The position numbers and the translations under genes are program-made. A DNA stretch of 64,000 bases from Cyanidioschyzon merolae (taxonomy: Eukaryota), in the NCBI GenBank assembly GCA_000091205.1, contig AP006485.2; one strand, 5' to 3'. Below are positions 10,303 through 23,644 of the stretch, piece by piece (the stretch's first letter is position 1; every line of letters starts with the position of its first letter). Below the pieces are notes generated by a model. It ran no database searches, was not told where the DNA came from, and was given only the letters and a program-made list of their open reading frames with translations.

Positions 10303-11613
10303 ACGTTTGGATCTCTTCGCACTGCCATCAATAATAGTCTTTGTGGGGTTTTTCTTGCGACTGCTTCTGCTCCCTCTTCCATACCCGACTTTGAACAAGA
10401 TGCTCAATGCTTTCCTGGGAGCTAACTTGTCAACAGGTGAAGGGTGTTTATGGCAGTGTGCAAATCCTGATTTTGCAGCTACAACCTGTTGTCGACGCAG
10501 TCAATACGTAAGTAAAAATTGCGATCGACGTAGCTGTTCCATTGTTGAGCTTGTTTGTACAAAGGCGCTGTGCGACCTTTCCATCAGTCATATCGTGTTA
10601 TGGTCAGGTGTGTCCCTCTATATCCACCTCATTTCCTCCGTGCGCCGCGCTGGGGCGTGGAAACGCTTGCTTCACGCCCCCGTACATGTCCATGACTGCT
10701 ACTGAAGGGTACGCTCCATGCACGCCTCCTTTTTTTTGCAGCGTCAACTGTACCCCACGATCACGGGGCTTGTGCGTGGCAATCCCCTCGGCAAGTACAC
10801 TATTCGATGCATACGAGAGTGCACGCAGTTCCGTTCGATAGCGGATTTGCGAAACGCAATGTTATTGACGATGGAACAATTACCAGAAACAAGATCCAAG
10901 CTGGAAAACGGGTCAAGAAATTTCGGTCTGTCTACGCTCCCTTCGTGCGAAACGGTGACGCACACCCTACTGGAATCGATCGCTCGGATGACTCCAGTTC
11001 TAGTACCGAATCCTTTCCCAAGCAAACAGAAGAGGCGGGAGCCCCGCAAGCAGCGCACCACATCATACGGTACCCTGCTGCTCTGGAATGCCGTCTCGCC
11101 GATGAGCGCGAAGAGACAAGAATTTGTCTTTCGAATGCAATGGACCATTCCAAGCGACAAGTGACGTGAGCAATGGTCATGAGTTTGTGAACGAGTCGTC
11201 CATGGACGACGTCAAGGTTCTGGTATCGCTGGATAATCTAGGGACACAAATCGCTTCGCCCCTAGGGTGCCGTGAGAGAGCAACACTGAAGCGTTGAAGA
11301 GTGCACGATTAACGCGTGCTTCACGTACGGAACTTTAAAGCGTGGGAGCTTGAACCAGTGACTCGGATCATTATATCGAATATTCTACGAATCTTTATTC
11401 GATTGCGTCGTGAATCCCCCCGATCCCTGTAACGTAACAATTTCCAGCGGTACAGCGTCAAAGGAGGCATTCCGCGAAAAAATGGCGACCGATCGACAGC
11501 AAACTACTCATGAATCTACACGCTCCTACCTGCTGCATTTCGCATGTCGAGACTGCGGAACTGCAAGTTCGGATAAATGGAAAAACAGGAACATAGAGAG
11601 CAGTAAAGCACTG
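10303..11613 (+). repeat. Dispersed repeat family R1, copy A (longest copy, about 1.3 kb)
   Basis: Near-identical to 24964-25646 in the same orientation and to 38001-39242 inverted. Embedded ORFs are identical across copies (e.g. ...LSTLPSCETVTHTLLESIARMTPVLVPNPFPSKQKRREPRKQRTTSYGTLLLWNAVSPMSAKRQ...). No recognizable transposase. Confidence 0.8.
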
Positions 11614-12900
11614 CACCCTAAACCGGTACAAATGGAGCGCCGCGAGCCCTGCCCAGACTCGGAGGCCAACAGGTCGTTCCGATTTGCAGTCAAACCGAAA
11701 CAAGAACCCGCGCCCTGCCACTCACCCCGAACAAGTGCTCTCAACAGCGACGCACAACAGACGCATTCTCAAAGCGTTTTCATTGGTTTTGTGCGACAGC
11801 ACCATTGCCGTGGAACCCTCTATTCGACACCCGCATGCGCCTCTGTATCTACGCATGCAAGCATGCATGGATTAGGGTCAAAGCAGTGACACATGTATGC
11901 ATCTATGTCACTATACGTCTAGGTATATCTAGACATATCCTATTCCTACTGGGGTTCGCAGGTCCGGTGACGATTCCGTCGCTGTAACGCTGCATGCGTA
12001 CATTCCTATGTTTTCCATCTCCCGTTCCACGAGCTGGAATTTGGATTCGTATCGCTCGTCGAGGTCGAATTCGAGCTGCTTGTACCAGCGACTCGCGAAC
12101 AGCGAAGTTCCATTCCATGAAGCAAACGAAACAGGTTCGGCGATAGCCAAGAAGGAATGCTCTCTCGATAAAACGAGTATCTGGTCTTACCCGCGCATAC
12201 CAGACGAGGCCCCTGGGAATAAAAGTGCATCAAGTGTGAAAACTGAGCGTTGTCGATCACCCAACCATTCCTTGTTCTGTGCAGCCTTGGTGGCACTAGA
12301 CTGGAATCTCTTCGCGATGCATGTGCCGCACTTGTCGCCACAGGAGGAGAGCAGACGGCAGCGGCATCGCCAGGCACGTGCAATTCTCGAAACATACGGC
12401 AGCAGTGCGTACAACTGGTACCGATACGACACCAGGAGCGAAAGCCGTAGATGAAGCACCGGATCACCACGACATGTGTAGGCTGTGCTCAGTGTTCCTG
12501 ATTCCGGGATAACGTTCTCGTCCTCGAAGGTCCATCTTGGTGGATATACCATTGCTTCTCTGCTGATTGACAGATTCTGTTGCTTCGCTCATCCTTGCAC
12601 CGGGACATATTTCGCAGTGAACGATACAGCAATCCTTCGCACCGGAGCCATCTTACGGTACGTAAGAGTGTAGAATGCGCTCCTGGAGCGCTTCTCGCAC
12701 GTCCGCTGTTCCCTAGCTACGTGAACCGCTTGCAGACTAGGCAACGTTTCCGGATGCCCGGCTCCGTCTGAGATGTTATCGATGAATCCAAAAACAGAGG
12801 CCAGGGCGGATTGTTTGGAGCGAGCCTGGGCGATCGCTCATGAAGATCTTCCAAGATCCAAGACTGCTCAAGCTAACTGCTTCGACGATGTTCATTCGAG

Positions 12901-13452
12901 TCACTGCACTGCGCTCTGAGGCTGTTTCGCACTCAGTGCTTCTTCTAAAGCAAGCACAGTTGCATCCAGTGGTTCCGTCAGCACCACCACAGGTTGTTCC
13001 AGCAGACTTACAAGCTGTTCGACATATTCACGCGAAGGACGTAGCAGCTCCAGTACCGAGCGTGTCACGACGGGTACAGCACCGATGCGTGCCCCGACCA
13101 GCAGTGCACCTGGAATCGCTTGCTCTGTGTACTTGGTGACTCGGAGCCAGACGTCAGCGTTCTCACCAAAGACGACTAAAGCTGGACCACCTCGAAATAG
13201 CGGCAAAAGCGGTCGCTGGTTAGCACGTTCGAGCGCGATGCGTACCCACTTGGGAACAGCATACCGCACGTCGACTGAGGAGCCAAGCGCCCCGGTACCG
13301 TGCAAGATGCGCAGCCTTTGCTTCGTGCGTCCCCAGGCACTGTTCTGTGTGAGTGCAATCACACTAAAGTAGGTTGACTGGCGGCAAATACTTTCCCAGC
13401 GCTCGATCCAGAGTAGCTTACGTAGTACGCGAACGCTTAACGCACCAGTCAT
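12901..13452 (-). CDS. Hypothetical protein (183 aa), function not recognized
   Basis: ORF with non-repetitive composition between repeat R1 copy A and repeat R2 copy 1. No motif assigned. Confidence 0.3.
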   Translation of the reverse strand: MTGALSVRVLRKLLWIERWESICRQSTYFSVIALTQNSAWGRTKQRLRILHGTGALGSSVDVRYAVPKWVRIALERANQRPLLPLFRGGPALVVFGENADVWLRVTKYTEQAIPGALLVGARIGAVPVVTRSVLELLRPSREYVEQLVSLLEQPVVVLTEPLDATVLALEEALSAKQPQSAVQ

Positions 13453-13821
13453 AGGCGTTCAAGCGTACCTGCGACATACCCGAGAAGCAACAGGCCTGAC
13501 AAGCGCTCCGCTGCAGTGCGTTTCTACGGGCGACGCAGGCGGCGCTGCACGTCGACGGTGGGGTGGCGGCGGTGCTGCAGCGACGGGGAGCACGACACAG
13601 GCCTTGTCTACGCTTGCTTGATGCTTTCAGAGGTTCACAGAACTGGATAGGTCCATAGTCGTGGTGTATATACGGGGCTTTGTTCTGTGGAGGTACCGAC
13701 GTTCCCTTTCTGTGAATCGGCGGGCGTGTATTCGATGTGATCGAATGTTAGACTACGAGTACGGTTGAATCCTCGGACAGAGCGATCGTCTGCGGTGGTT
13801 ATGGATGCGATTCTTTAGTCG

Positions 13822-15021
13822 TTCTGGAATGCGGACTCCTACCATATCCATGACCTACTCTTAAGGGGAGTATCCAATCAATCGACGCTACCCCGGCGGA
13901 TGAATGTTTTCACGACAGGAGTTTTCACGGGTTTCAGCATGATTCGCAGACTAAGCACGAAATCATATTTTAGGAGTTTCGCTCTGTACAAAACTGCTGG
14001 TCGCTCCGCAAGCACGAAACATCTCCCGATATTCATAGAGACTCCGATATTTCGGTGCAGAACGTGCTCGCACCTGTGGCTGCCAGTGGCATCATTCCAA
14101 AGCGTGCCTGTCATTGTCGATTGCCCCGTTATCTGAGGTTCAGTCAGCATCCGCTGTACCATGATGTGCTTCGGTCTCTGCTTTTCGCGCGTCTGCTTCG
14201 CTGTCCGCTTCACCGGGCACCCTGACTCGTGGAGCGCGTACGTCGACCCAGACGCATCGCTGGGAATCGTGCCGCATCCATGTGCATCCACAGTTGTACG
14301 CTCTCGTGGATGGAGCAGGAGTGCAGCCTTGGCATGCTATAGCGCATCGATTGCTCTGTGGTATCACGAAACGACACGATACGAACGATCGAAGGTTTCC
14401 TTCCCCGTCGCATGAAAAGCGTTGGTGAATGCACGCTTGTCGCCTGGGTAGCACTGGAACCGGTGGCGACCCAGCGCTGTCTCATTGACTCTTGCCGGAG
14501 ATCGTCCGTACGCGCCATTTTGGACGTCTCGGGATGCTCTAGGTGAAGCATCCGAAGCACTGGTGTCGGCGCGAGACTGTACGCAGAGCGTCGAGCTGCA
14601 GGATGGGTGGCTAGGGGCTATGGCGCCTCTGCTGCATCTCCTGGTATGCCGCATGGCGTTTATGACGCTCGACTCTCGATGACGGTGCGCTCTGGGAAAC
14701 TCGAGCCGCTTCATCTGCTTTCACCCAGGATGCAAGGCTCTGTCCTTTTGATCAATACCTATGGCGACGGGCACGACACGCCCACACAAGTAGGCATCCA
14801 AAGTCTTTCTCCAGTACTACCTCGAAGGGTGGAACGTGATTCTCGAGTTTCGAGGTAGGCATAGGTTTCAAAAAGGGCATGCACAGGGATATGAGGTCGC
14901 TTTCGATTTTCGATGTAAGCATCTTTCCATTTCCTCCATGTACTCGATAAATCTTACACAAACTCCGCCGACGCTCTTCTGCCGAGCTGCTCGAATGCTT
15001 CGTAGTTGATCGCAGAGACCA
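13822..15021 (+). repeat. Dispersed repeat family R2, copy 1 (about 1.2 kb; termini 5'-TG...CA-3')
   Basis: About 98% identical to 58413-59612 in the same orientation. Embedded 137-aa and 116-aa ORFs are conserved between copies. Flanks diverge after ...gatcgcagagacca. Confidence 0.8.
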
Positions 15022-16488
15022 GGTGCTTCTTCGGCACCGACTTGTCTCGGCAAGGTGGCATGGCAGTGGTCGCTATACTTCATGTCCGTGACCTTCGTGG
15101 GATTTCGCACGTCGTGGATGAAGGCTACGACAACAACTCTCCTTTTCTACCTATGTCTAGACGGTTACTCAAGTACCTCTTCGTCACCTTCTCCGTCGCG
15201 AGCATGTCCACGGACTGAAGCTCGCCTTGCCGACCCCGCTTCGCACACGAACACTGAAACAGCACAGCAGTACAGGGCTGGTGAACCTCGAAACGACATG
15301 TCGCTGAATAGTGCCGTAGAGCCGAACGTCCCGTCTATGGATCCGTTCGCTCAAACGGGGCTATTGACAGCAACGCAAGGCGCTTCCTACGGGAAAGAAG
15401 CGGAGAGCACCCGCTTCCACCGCCAGCAGCTCAACGCCAGTCTCAGCTGCGTGCTCCTTCACCGCTTTCGAGTGAAGCAAAGTGACGTTTTCGAAAAACA
15501 GGACAAGAGAATGTACGGAGGCGAATCGAAGACGCATGCTTTCACGAAGAATGACTTGTTGAACGAGCCCATCTGTTTGGCGACCTGTGTGCGACCAAGC
15601 GACTGCATAGCCGGCACCGCTGCTACTATCGGGTGTTCGCTGGTCTCCTCTTGAAGAACTGCGGTTTGCGACTCTTTTTGAGAACCGGTGTCATACAGGT
15701 TTACCAATTTCTTCGACTCAATCCTTATCGAGTGAGCAGAAACTTCGCCCTTGAAATCTATGCACTCTCGTATCCGTCCGGAATCGATCACTCAAGTCGC
15801 TCTATGTGCAGTGCCCTCTCCCGGGGGAGCGCACGTTGCTTGTTGTCAGAGCCTGTCCCTTTATGAAAACTCTTTTCGACGACACAAATGCTCGACACCT
15901 TAATGATACATTGATCATACTCGTTAGACCAGGTGCGGGATCGGAATCGATTGACGTGGACAGAGCCGTCTACGTCGACTTTGTTCAGTTCTGTTTTGCG
16001 ACCGACCAACTTCATGATACGGTCGAGGGAAAGCATGGTTCATCCACCTGCTGCCAATAGAATGACGGACATGTGCGGGGTCGACCATTTATCGCAAGCG
16101 ATCCACACCAGCATCAAGGATTCCGCGCTTTTTTACCAATCCACAGCATTCATTTTTATCGATGAATACCTGCGAGAACAACAAATAGCAGTAAAAGAGC
16201 GTGCTCATCCAACTGTTCCAGAGTTCACTGCTCTAATGATCAAAGACTGACGTCGCGTCACTCGTACAAGCGAAACCGATGTCCTGAGTGGTTACGCAGC
16301 ACCCGTTCAAGCGAACTGGGCGCTCTCCACCATCCCGCCAACGCTTCCATCACGCCCGGGCATTCACACAGGTCTTCGAGAGGCGGAAACAAGGAACCCA
16401 GTGGCTTGCAAACCCTCTCCAGAGCAGCACACGAGTCCGCACAAGCAGTAAGGAGAATGGAGCTCTCCGTCCAGGAGCATACGCTCAT

Positions 16489-18675
16489 CTACGATGGCGT
16501 TCTGTCGCGAGTGGCGGTGTTCGCGCTGGTAGCAGCAGGCGGCACTAGCGGCACCCGATGCGCTTTCGACTTGTCTGCTGAACGCTCCTGCAGCTCATTC
16601 GTCGATAGGAGAGGTACTGGCGCCGGCAAACACGCACTGGATGTATCATTCGCTGCTCCGAGAACATCCACATAACGCTGACGTATGCTACGAGGTCTTG
16701 ACACCTGATTCCGAGTCGTCATCGACATTGTCGTCGTCCCTGGACACGATGCAGCAACTGGCGGCAATGCTCCAGGTAGCGTACGGGTACTTGACTCGGA
16801 GGCTACTGCACCCGACACTTGTTCCTTCGTTGCTGCTGCTGATGTTTCATTGCATCCAGCGGACTTGTGCGCCAGTTCCGCGTCGCTGGGCGGCGGCGCC
16901 AGCACAGCACCCCCTCCAGCGGCATCGACATCATCGGCAGCACATACCCAGCGACCTAGTTTGTCATCATAGTAGAATTTGTTCTCCAGACCCAGATTGG
17001 CCTGCTTACGGGCAAACAGGCCCCCGAGTATGCGCAGGGGTAGCAGACGCGACAAACCCTTCGCTTGTGGTGCCTCTGCTGATGCTGATGCGGCGGGTGG
17101 CTTCGTATCCGTAGCTGCTGGACAAGCAGCACGCTGTGGCACTTCATGGACTGCGACGCGTTCCTGGTGAGGATGCATTGCTGACGCAGGCAGCACCCTT
17201 GACTCGGTATCGGATCGTGACGATGCAGCAGCGGTATCCGTAATGTCTGGTGACGTAGAGGTAGCGCGCGCTGCAGGTGCATTTGCAAGCACTTGTGCGC
17301 GCTGCGAGGTACCAGAGTGTGTCGTGCTTGACCGATTTTCACTGAACGAGGCATTTTCGTTGCCGCCGTAACCAGCGTTCGACGAATGCTCCGCTGCTGG
17401 CGGTCTAGGAGCAGACAACGCTGGCGACGATGCCCATGACTGCGAGCAGGTCTCAGCGTCGGCTTCGACCGGTACCCGCTGCGTATCGCGTGCACTACTC
17501 GAGAACTGCATCTCTGCATCAGGCTCGCCGCAGTTGCTGTTGCTAGCACCGGCGGAATGATAAGACCCCGGATAGGGGCAGGGCTTCCAACGTTCTTGCT
17601 GTTGTTCTTGCTGCTGATCATCGTGCAACCCTGCCGATACGATGCTCAGCTGTTGGAAATCAGCACGTACAGCACGCTGCGGAGAAGCAACAACCTCGTC
17701 GACGCTGCTCGTGAGCCTCGCAGAGGCCGGTGTTGCATCCACGACAAGACGCTGCGTCGTTGCCTCTGCCGCCCTAGGCGAGCAGCGCAGATCCCCGTCA
17801 CCTGTGGCAATCGATCCGCGATGCCCCAGAGACAAGTCGCCATTCCATGTGTGGACTGCATCCAGCGCAGTTGGAGAGAGCTGCAGCGTGGATGCAGGTC
17901 CATGACTCGCAACGCCGCAGGCTGACGACGACGGCGACGACGACGACGACACTCTAACGCTTTGCTCCCTACAAGGTGAAAAGCTTGCAGCTGTCGCCTC
18001 TGCGGTGCTCTTCGCTCGACGCCACGATTGCATCCCAGGGGTTTGCGTCGCGGCTGCCTCGGGTGCAATGCAGTGCTTCCCTGGTATCGGGGTGCGCTCT
18101 TCAGCACTTTCGTTTCCAGCGATCACCGGTATCTGGTAGCGTTGCGCGAGCGCACAACGACCAACATCCTGCAACGCCTCCGCAAGCGACACATGCACCC
18201 AAGCAGTGAAGCGCGTCGAGCGTTCTCGATGCACTGCATCAGCACCAGAGGGGGCTTCTGGATCGAAGCGCTTCGACCAGAGCATCCGGTAAACCTCCCA
18301 GAAAATCAACCGGTACACCGGACAAGGCGCTGGCATCGATATGCGCGCAGCACCCGAGGCACAGGCCGCCAGTGAAGTTCCAGTTGCCTTTTGGTACAAG
18401 TCGCTGGTGCTGGCCTCGTTCAAGTGCTGGTGCAGTGTCGTTGACGTTGACGTTAAGGTTAATGATGAAAGTCTCGTTGCTGGTACCCCCGGTTCGATAC
18501 CCTTCAGAAGCAGGTCACAGAAAGCTGGTGACCAGGGCGACTCTGCGGCGATCATTCGACAGAGCATCTCACGATCTATATCCCAGTCGTGATCAGCAGC
18601 AGTCAGTGTTTCTGCGACGATAGAAAATGCCCTCGACAGTGCCGCTTGATGCCCAGACTCTACAACAGATCCCGA

Positions 18676-18717
<42 letters not shown>

Positions 18718-21700
18718 ACGCCAGGGCGAAAGGATCCAGAGGCAGTCCAAGAGCGCTTGCCAGGGCCATGCACCCCCGGATGGTGCAACCAGGCGCCTTG
18801 TTGCCGACCGAATGAGGTCTTCGTCGGCGATCATCACTGCCAGTAACAGGGCAAGCAAGGAATCGCGTGCGTAACCCGAAAGGAGCAGTTGTCGAATGGT
18901 CTGTACGCGCCAGTGCTGGGGCGCAGGTTCCTCTTCGTCGTCGTCGTCGTCGTCGTCGTCGTTGACGTCGTCGTCGGGAATGCTATGAAGGAGATGCCCG
19001 CTTGTCGCTGTCGAGCGTTCATCCGGTGGCCAGAGTCCGGCTTGCGCTTCGCTGACAAGTAGCGCCAGTGTCCAGTCATTGGCCTGTTGCGCAAGACGGA
19101 TCGCTGTGCGGTACTGACCGAACAGAAGCGCTCGTTCAATCTGTTTGACATGCGACTGGGACGCATCAACGCCCTCATCAGCACCAAGAACAACGACAGA
19201 TGCGGCAGCAGCGTCTACGCGATGCTCCTGCAACATATGGCATAGCGCTGGCGATAGCGGCAACATCGAATGCTTTCGCGATGCGCGATTCGCTCGACTT
19301 GATATCAGTGAGCGCTCACCCGATCCAGATGTAAAAGAAGCGACAGATTGACTATGCGACATTTCCGACACGTGCACGAGGTTGGGGAGCACCTGACAGA
19401 GGAGTCGGCAAAGCAACCGACTTGCCGAATCGTCGTTCTCGTGTCGTTCCCAGGTCGCTTCCAGGCGATCACCGAAACGCTCCAGCACTTGACTCAGCTC
19501 CAGAGGCTCATCCGTTTCCGGCAACCAGTGCACGAGTGCCGTCACGTCCACATCGATACCGTCGAGTTCGGACACCAGTGACCAAGTATGATAGACATGA
19601 ACATCCGTATTGAGCTGTTGCTCAGCTGGATCTGCGTGGTCGCTGCAGGAGCCCCGATCGCTATCGTTCGTCCATGGAGCTGTCCCTGGTATCGAGATCG
19701 GTATCGGTGTCGCTGAAAAGGCATCGTTGGCGCTGGGTAAGCTACAGAGTACGCGTGGCGCCGACAATGCGAAATAGCCCAAGGAGCTGAAGGCCGCGGT
19801 TGGGCACAGCGGTTTCCCAACTGGACTCCAGTTCGCCGCTTGAGAAGCCATCATGGCATTCGTTGCGAATGGCGATACCCCCGAGAACACGCTCGCACCA
19901 GCATCATTTGCAGCAGAAGCTGGTGGCGATGTTGACGTTCGCTGCAGAGACGATATCGCGGTCACCAACTTGTCGTCATTGTCGTCGTCGTGAGTGTGAA
20001 CGTGGTGCAGAGTCCGGGTTGCCTCCCGAGCGTCCCAGCGAGCACCATCGTTCACAGCAGAGTGTGCAGCAGCGTTCCCTGGAGATACTGAAGCTGGCGA
20101 CGCCTTCAACGATGCTACCGCGCTCGCCTGCGACCTGTGCTGCTCCCAGGAAGCTTGTGTCGACCGGCCAGCAAGTGCATCCTCCGTGTTCGCGTCGTCG
20201 ATGAGCCGCTCACGATCATCAGCACTATGAGCATCGGCACCTGGACGCATCACAGGCGCTGCTGCGAACTCGGAATGATGCTTGAGCGGGGGCCCTGCCC
20301 AGACACCCGTCTCGAATGCCGTATCTAGGCGCAGGCCTTGTGTGGAGGTGTCGGGTTGCTCAGCGAAGGCAACCATGGATGTTGTGAATGCTTCCTCACA
20401 AGTCTGCGCATCTGTGTTAGCAGCGGTGTCGCTTGGGGCAAGCGCTTGAAGCATTTGCTGTGGCTGCGCAGCGTCCGGCGCTGAAAAGAAAGCCGCGCCC
20501 TCCGTGATAGTGCCCCAGAGGGCCTGCCTGGTCCCCGGCGTTGCCGTTGCCGCAACATTCGTGGACGCCCAGGGAGCCTCGTGACCCCAGGGATGCTCGG
20601 CAGTCGACTCGCCGTCGTCGTCCGCAGTGCCGTCAACGTCGCTGTCGGCATTGGAGCGTTCACGGCGTTGTACCTGCTGCCTATGGTCCACGTGCACGGG
20701 GTCATCGGTCACCAACTCGGGTGAATACGTCTCCGCGAGGCGCAAACGATGCATTGCTTCAGCGCTGGCGTCATGTTCCGGAGTAGCGAGAGGCAGCTCG
20801 CGTCCATAGCCGGGACTATGTACGCTTGTCGAAGGAGAAGCTCGTGTCTTGTGCTGGGACGGCGTCCAGGAGCGACTCGAATCCTCACGCTGCGATGTCG
20901 GTTGCGGTGGCGTTTCTGCTTGCGGGCAAGTCGCGTGCATTTTCATTGCTGCAGCGCCTCCATCTGAACTCCATGAAAGCGGCAGCTGTGTTGCAGCATT
21001 AGAAGACGTATACAACGGATCATCGGTACTGCGTGGTGCATCAGTGCACGTTTCGGGTGATCTTGGAGAGCGACTCGCTCCGGAATGCTCGTCTGGTGAT
21101 GTGCTGGCGAATGACTGCTTTGCGACTGCTTCATCTGCTCCGGATCGACGATCCGGGGCCTTCGCCTGTGGCAAATATGAGACTTCGAACTGTAATTGGT
21201 GATGCTGAGACACAACGTCAGGGGTCGGGTCTGCAGGCTCGTTATCCGGGAGCGCACCTGAAAAGTCGATCGCACTCTGGTACAGTCGAGGTTGCGACAA
21301 GTTTGCGGGCGCTGTAGTTGCACGCGTTTCAGTATCACCACCAGCCGCAGACGTCCGCAGTGCGATAAACGTGTCCGCCACAGAAACGTTCGCATCCGTC
21401 AGCGACATTCGCGGTGCAACTTCCGTTTCCTGGACTGTCGGCAGCGGTGTCGCTATCGTCCAGGCGCGCAATTCTCCGTCTTTGGAATCGAAAGGATACC
21501 GTTGTTCTGGATCATCAGCATGTCTTTGGTGCGGAGAAGCGCCTCTCGAGCGCACGGGTTCCAGCGACGACAAAACCGGCAGGTGATCGCCTTGCTCACG
21601 CGAGTGGCCTACATGTGGAAGCTCGGAGCGTCGAGCCACAGTCGGATACCCGTGAAGTATCGTCTCAGCTGCCTCCGTTGACTGGTGCTCCCAGGGCGCC

Positions 21701-23448
21701 ATCTCTTCGTGATCAAACTCGTTTGCTCTGTATGCATCCGACGCCATTGTTTGCCGAGCCTCAGTCGCATCTTCCGCTAGCCAAGTGTCGTCGGCATTCT
21801 CCGAGTGCTGCGCAAGCTCTATCGCATCCCAACTGTCTATCGTTTGCATGGTAGCTTGCGCAACAGCAGCAGGATGCGCTCGATGGTGCGATGCTTGGAC
21901 CTGATCCCAGCCCCGATCCGCGTCATGAGGATGCAGCGTCACAGTAAGGGTGCTCTGCTGCTCTCGCGGATGCGGCAAGGAGTCTGAAGCGTCCAGCGGT
22001 GCTCGGTTACTCGCAACGGATTCGGCATCCAGTTCGTTGCGTGACAAAGTCCCGGAATATTCGTGCCCCCCTTGCCGAGGACTCGCTCGCGACTCACGAT
22101 CACGCATCGAATCCATACAGGGGCTCGTTTGTGCCGCTGACTGCACCTGTATAGTACTGCGATCACTTTGCACGCGAGGCAAATCCGGCGAATTCCAAGC
22201 ATCCTTATGTACAAGCGGCATGCTGTACGTACCCGTGCTTTTCTCTGCTGAGCTTCGAGATTCTTGTTCCGCTAGGGCTCGTTGCGGTGGAGACTTCATC
22301 GTCATCGAGGCTTGTGCGCATGCGGCATCGCATTCGTCTCCAATGGACAAGCCTGAATGATGCAAGGGTCCGCACGCGGTCTCGTGGGATGCCATGTGCC
22401 TCAACTGCGGTGATGAGGCACGCTTTTCGGGTCCCGTTAGGTAGCTTGATGAACGTGAGACATTCTGGATCTCGGATCGCGTGCGGCCTGGTTCAGCCTG
22501 GATCGACTCGCTTGCTTGTATTGTGTGAACCGGATTTTCAAGACTATCCGGAGCTCTCGGATACCTCGTCGGGTCTTGCAAGAGATCTCCGTCTCGAGGC
22601 GGATTCAAAACTCGTGTAGCAGGTGGATCCACCGGCCCGCCACTTGCTGCATCGTCCTCTCTGCGCTGCACGTTAGAGTCCTCGGGAGAACGCTCACCTC
22701 TTGTTCCCGATTCGCATTGCAGACGCTCCATGACCGTATGAATCCTTTCAACTACATGAGAGGATGGAGTTAGCGGTCTATCTGTATGCTGCTGCGCTCT
22801 CGCGAGTTGTCCAGCGGCCAGTGCGTTGCGCCCCATAGTTGTATTGTCTTCCGTCGCCGAAGTGGAAAGCGCTTCTACGTGAAAACCCTGCTCTATCCTT
22901 GTTGAAAGATTCTGCGACTCTTCACCAGACCATGATGGACTCATATACGGAGTAGAAGCTGATGCGGTACGGCTGTTAGCTTTGGAACGGAGCCTCCGTT
23001 CGTGCTCCTCTATGAGCCGCTGAGCCTCTGCACGCCTTTGGCGTATTCGCTCGAGAATGGCGGCTCCTCGAGCTGCCAGCGTCTCGCTCGACTCCACAGG
23101 CAAGCGCCCAACTTGGCTCTCTGTCAGCGTACTACTACTACTACTGGAAGCGAAACGCTCCAATGAGGCAGCTCGTCGAGCCGCTGCAATCTGCTCAGCA
23201 CGCCGCATAATAGCGACCGCGTGCGACTCGCGCTCTGTCCGCGCTTCTGGAGCTTCCCTGCCTGAGCTTCGGTGCCCCAGCTCCGAGTCAACGCCCATAG
23301 TTGCCGATGTCGCTACCGTCAGTACCGCTGATGCTCTTTCCTCAACAACAGGGCCACGATCAGTGGTTCTGTCCTGCGCAGGAGCAGGAGCACGCAGCCG
23401 CTGGGCCCCCAGACGAGAGCCTCGAGATTGCCGCGACGTCGTCGTCAT
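16489..23448 (-). CDS. Giant (2319 aa) low-complexity Ser/Ala/Gln/Asp-rich protein, possibly a Sec16-like COPII scaffold
   Basis: Single uninterrupted ORF. A Trp-rich central block reads QLLLSGYARDSLLALLLAVMIADEDL...GAWPWQALLDCLWILSPW, recalling the Sec16 central conserved domain. The C-terminal motif is ENKFYYDDKLGRWV...QRYVDVL. Contains polyQ(17) and polyD tracts. Confidence 0.6.
18676..18717. repeat. (GCT)n / (CAG)n microsatellite encoding polyQ in the giant protein
   Basis: gctgctgctgctgctgctgctgctgctgctgctgctgctg. Confidence 0.9.
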
Positions 23449-23644
23449 TCGTTTCTACAGTTGTGTTTCGAGCCCTCTCTGTTCACAACACCAAAATCAG
23501 TGGCCCTGGCACCGGAACACCGCGCAGTACCGAAGCGTTTCAGAATGTTATCGCCAAAGTCGTCGGTTCGCCTTGGCACGCGAATTCCCATGAACGCGCC
23601 GTCCAGCTTTTCAGCATAAACACACGTGACATGTTTGCGTCTCG

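Noticed and set aside
9808-10407. 199-aa minus-strand ORF overlapping the 3' half of the V-ATPase C gene
   Set aside because: Antisense to a confidently identified CDS and low-complexity Ser/Arg-rich, the typical spurious ORF in GC-rich DNA.
10718-11164. 148-aa ORF conserved in all three R1 repeat copies, considered as a transposase
   Set aside because: No recognizable catalytic motifs. The antisense ORFs are equally conserved, so conservation reflects recent copying, not selection.
16956-17621. 221-aa and several other ORFs of 100-157 aa on both strands inside 16.5-23.4 kb
   Set aside because: All overlap the 2319-aa ORF in other frames. The repetitive GC-rich triplet composition keeps alternative frames open.
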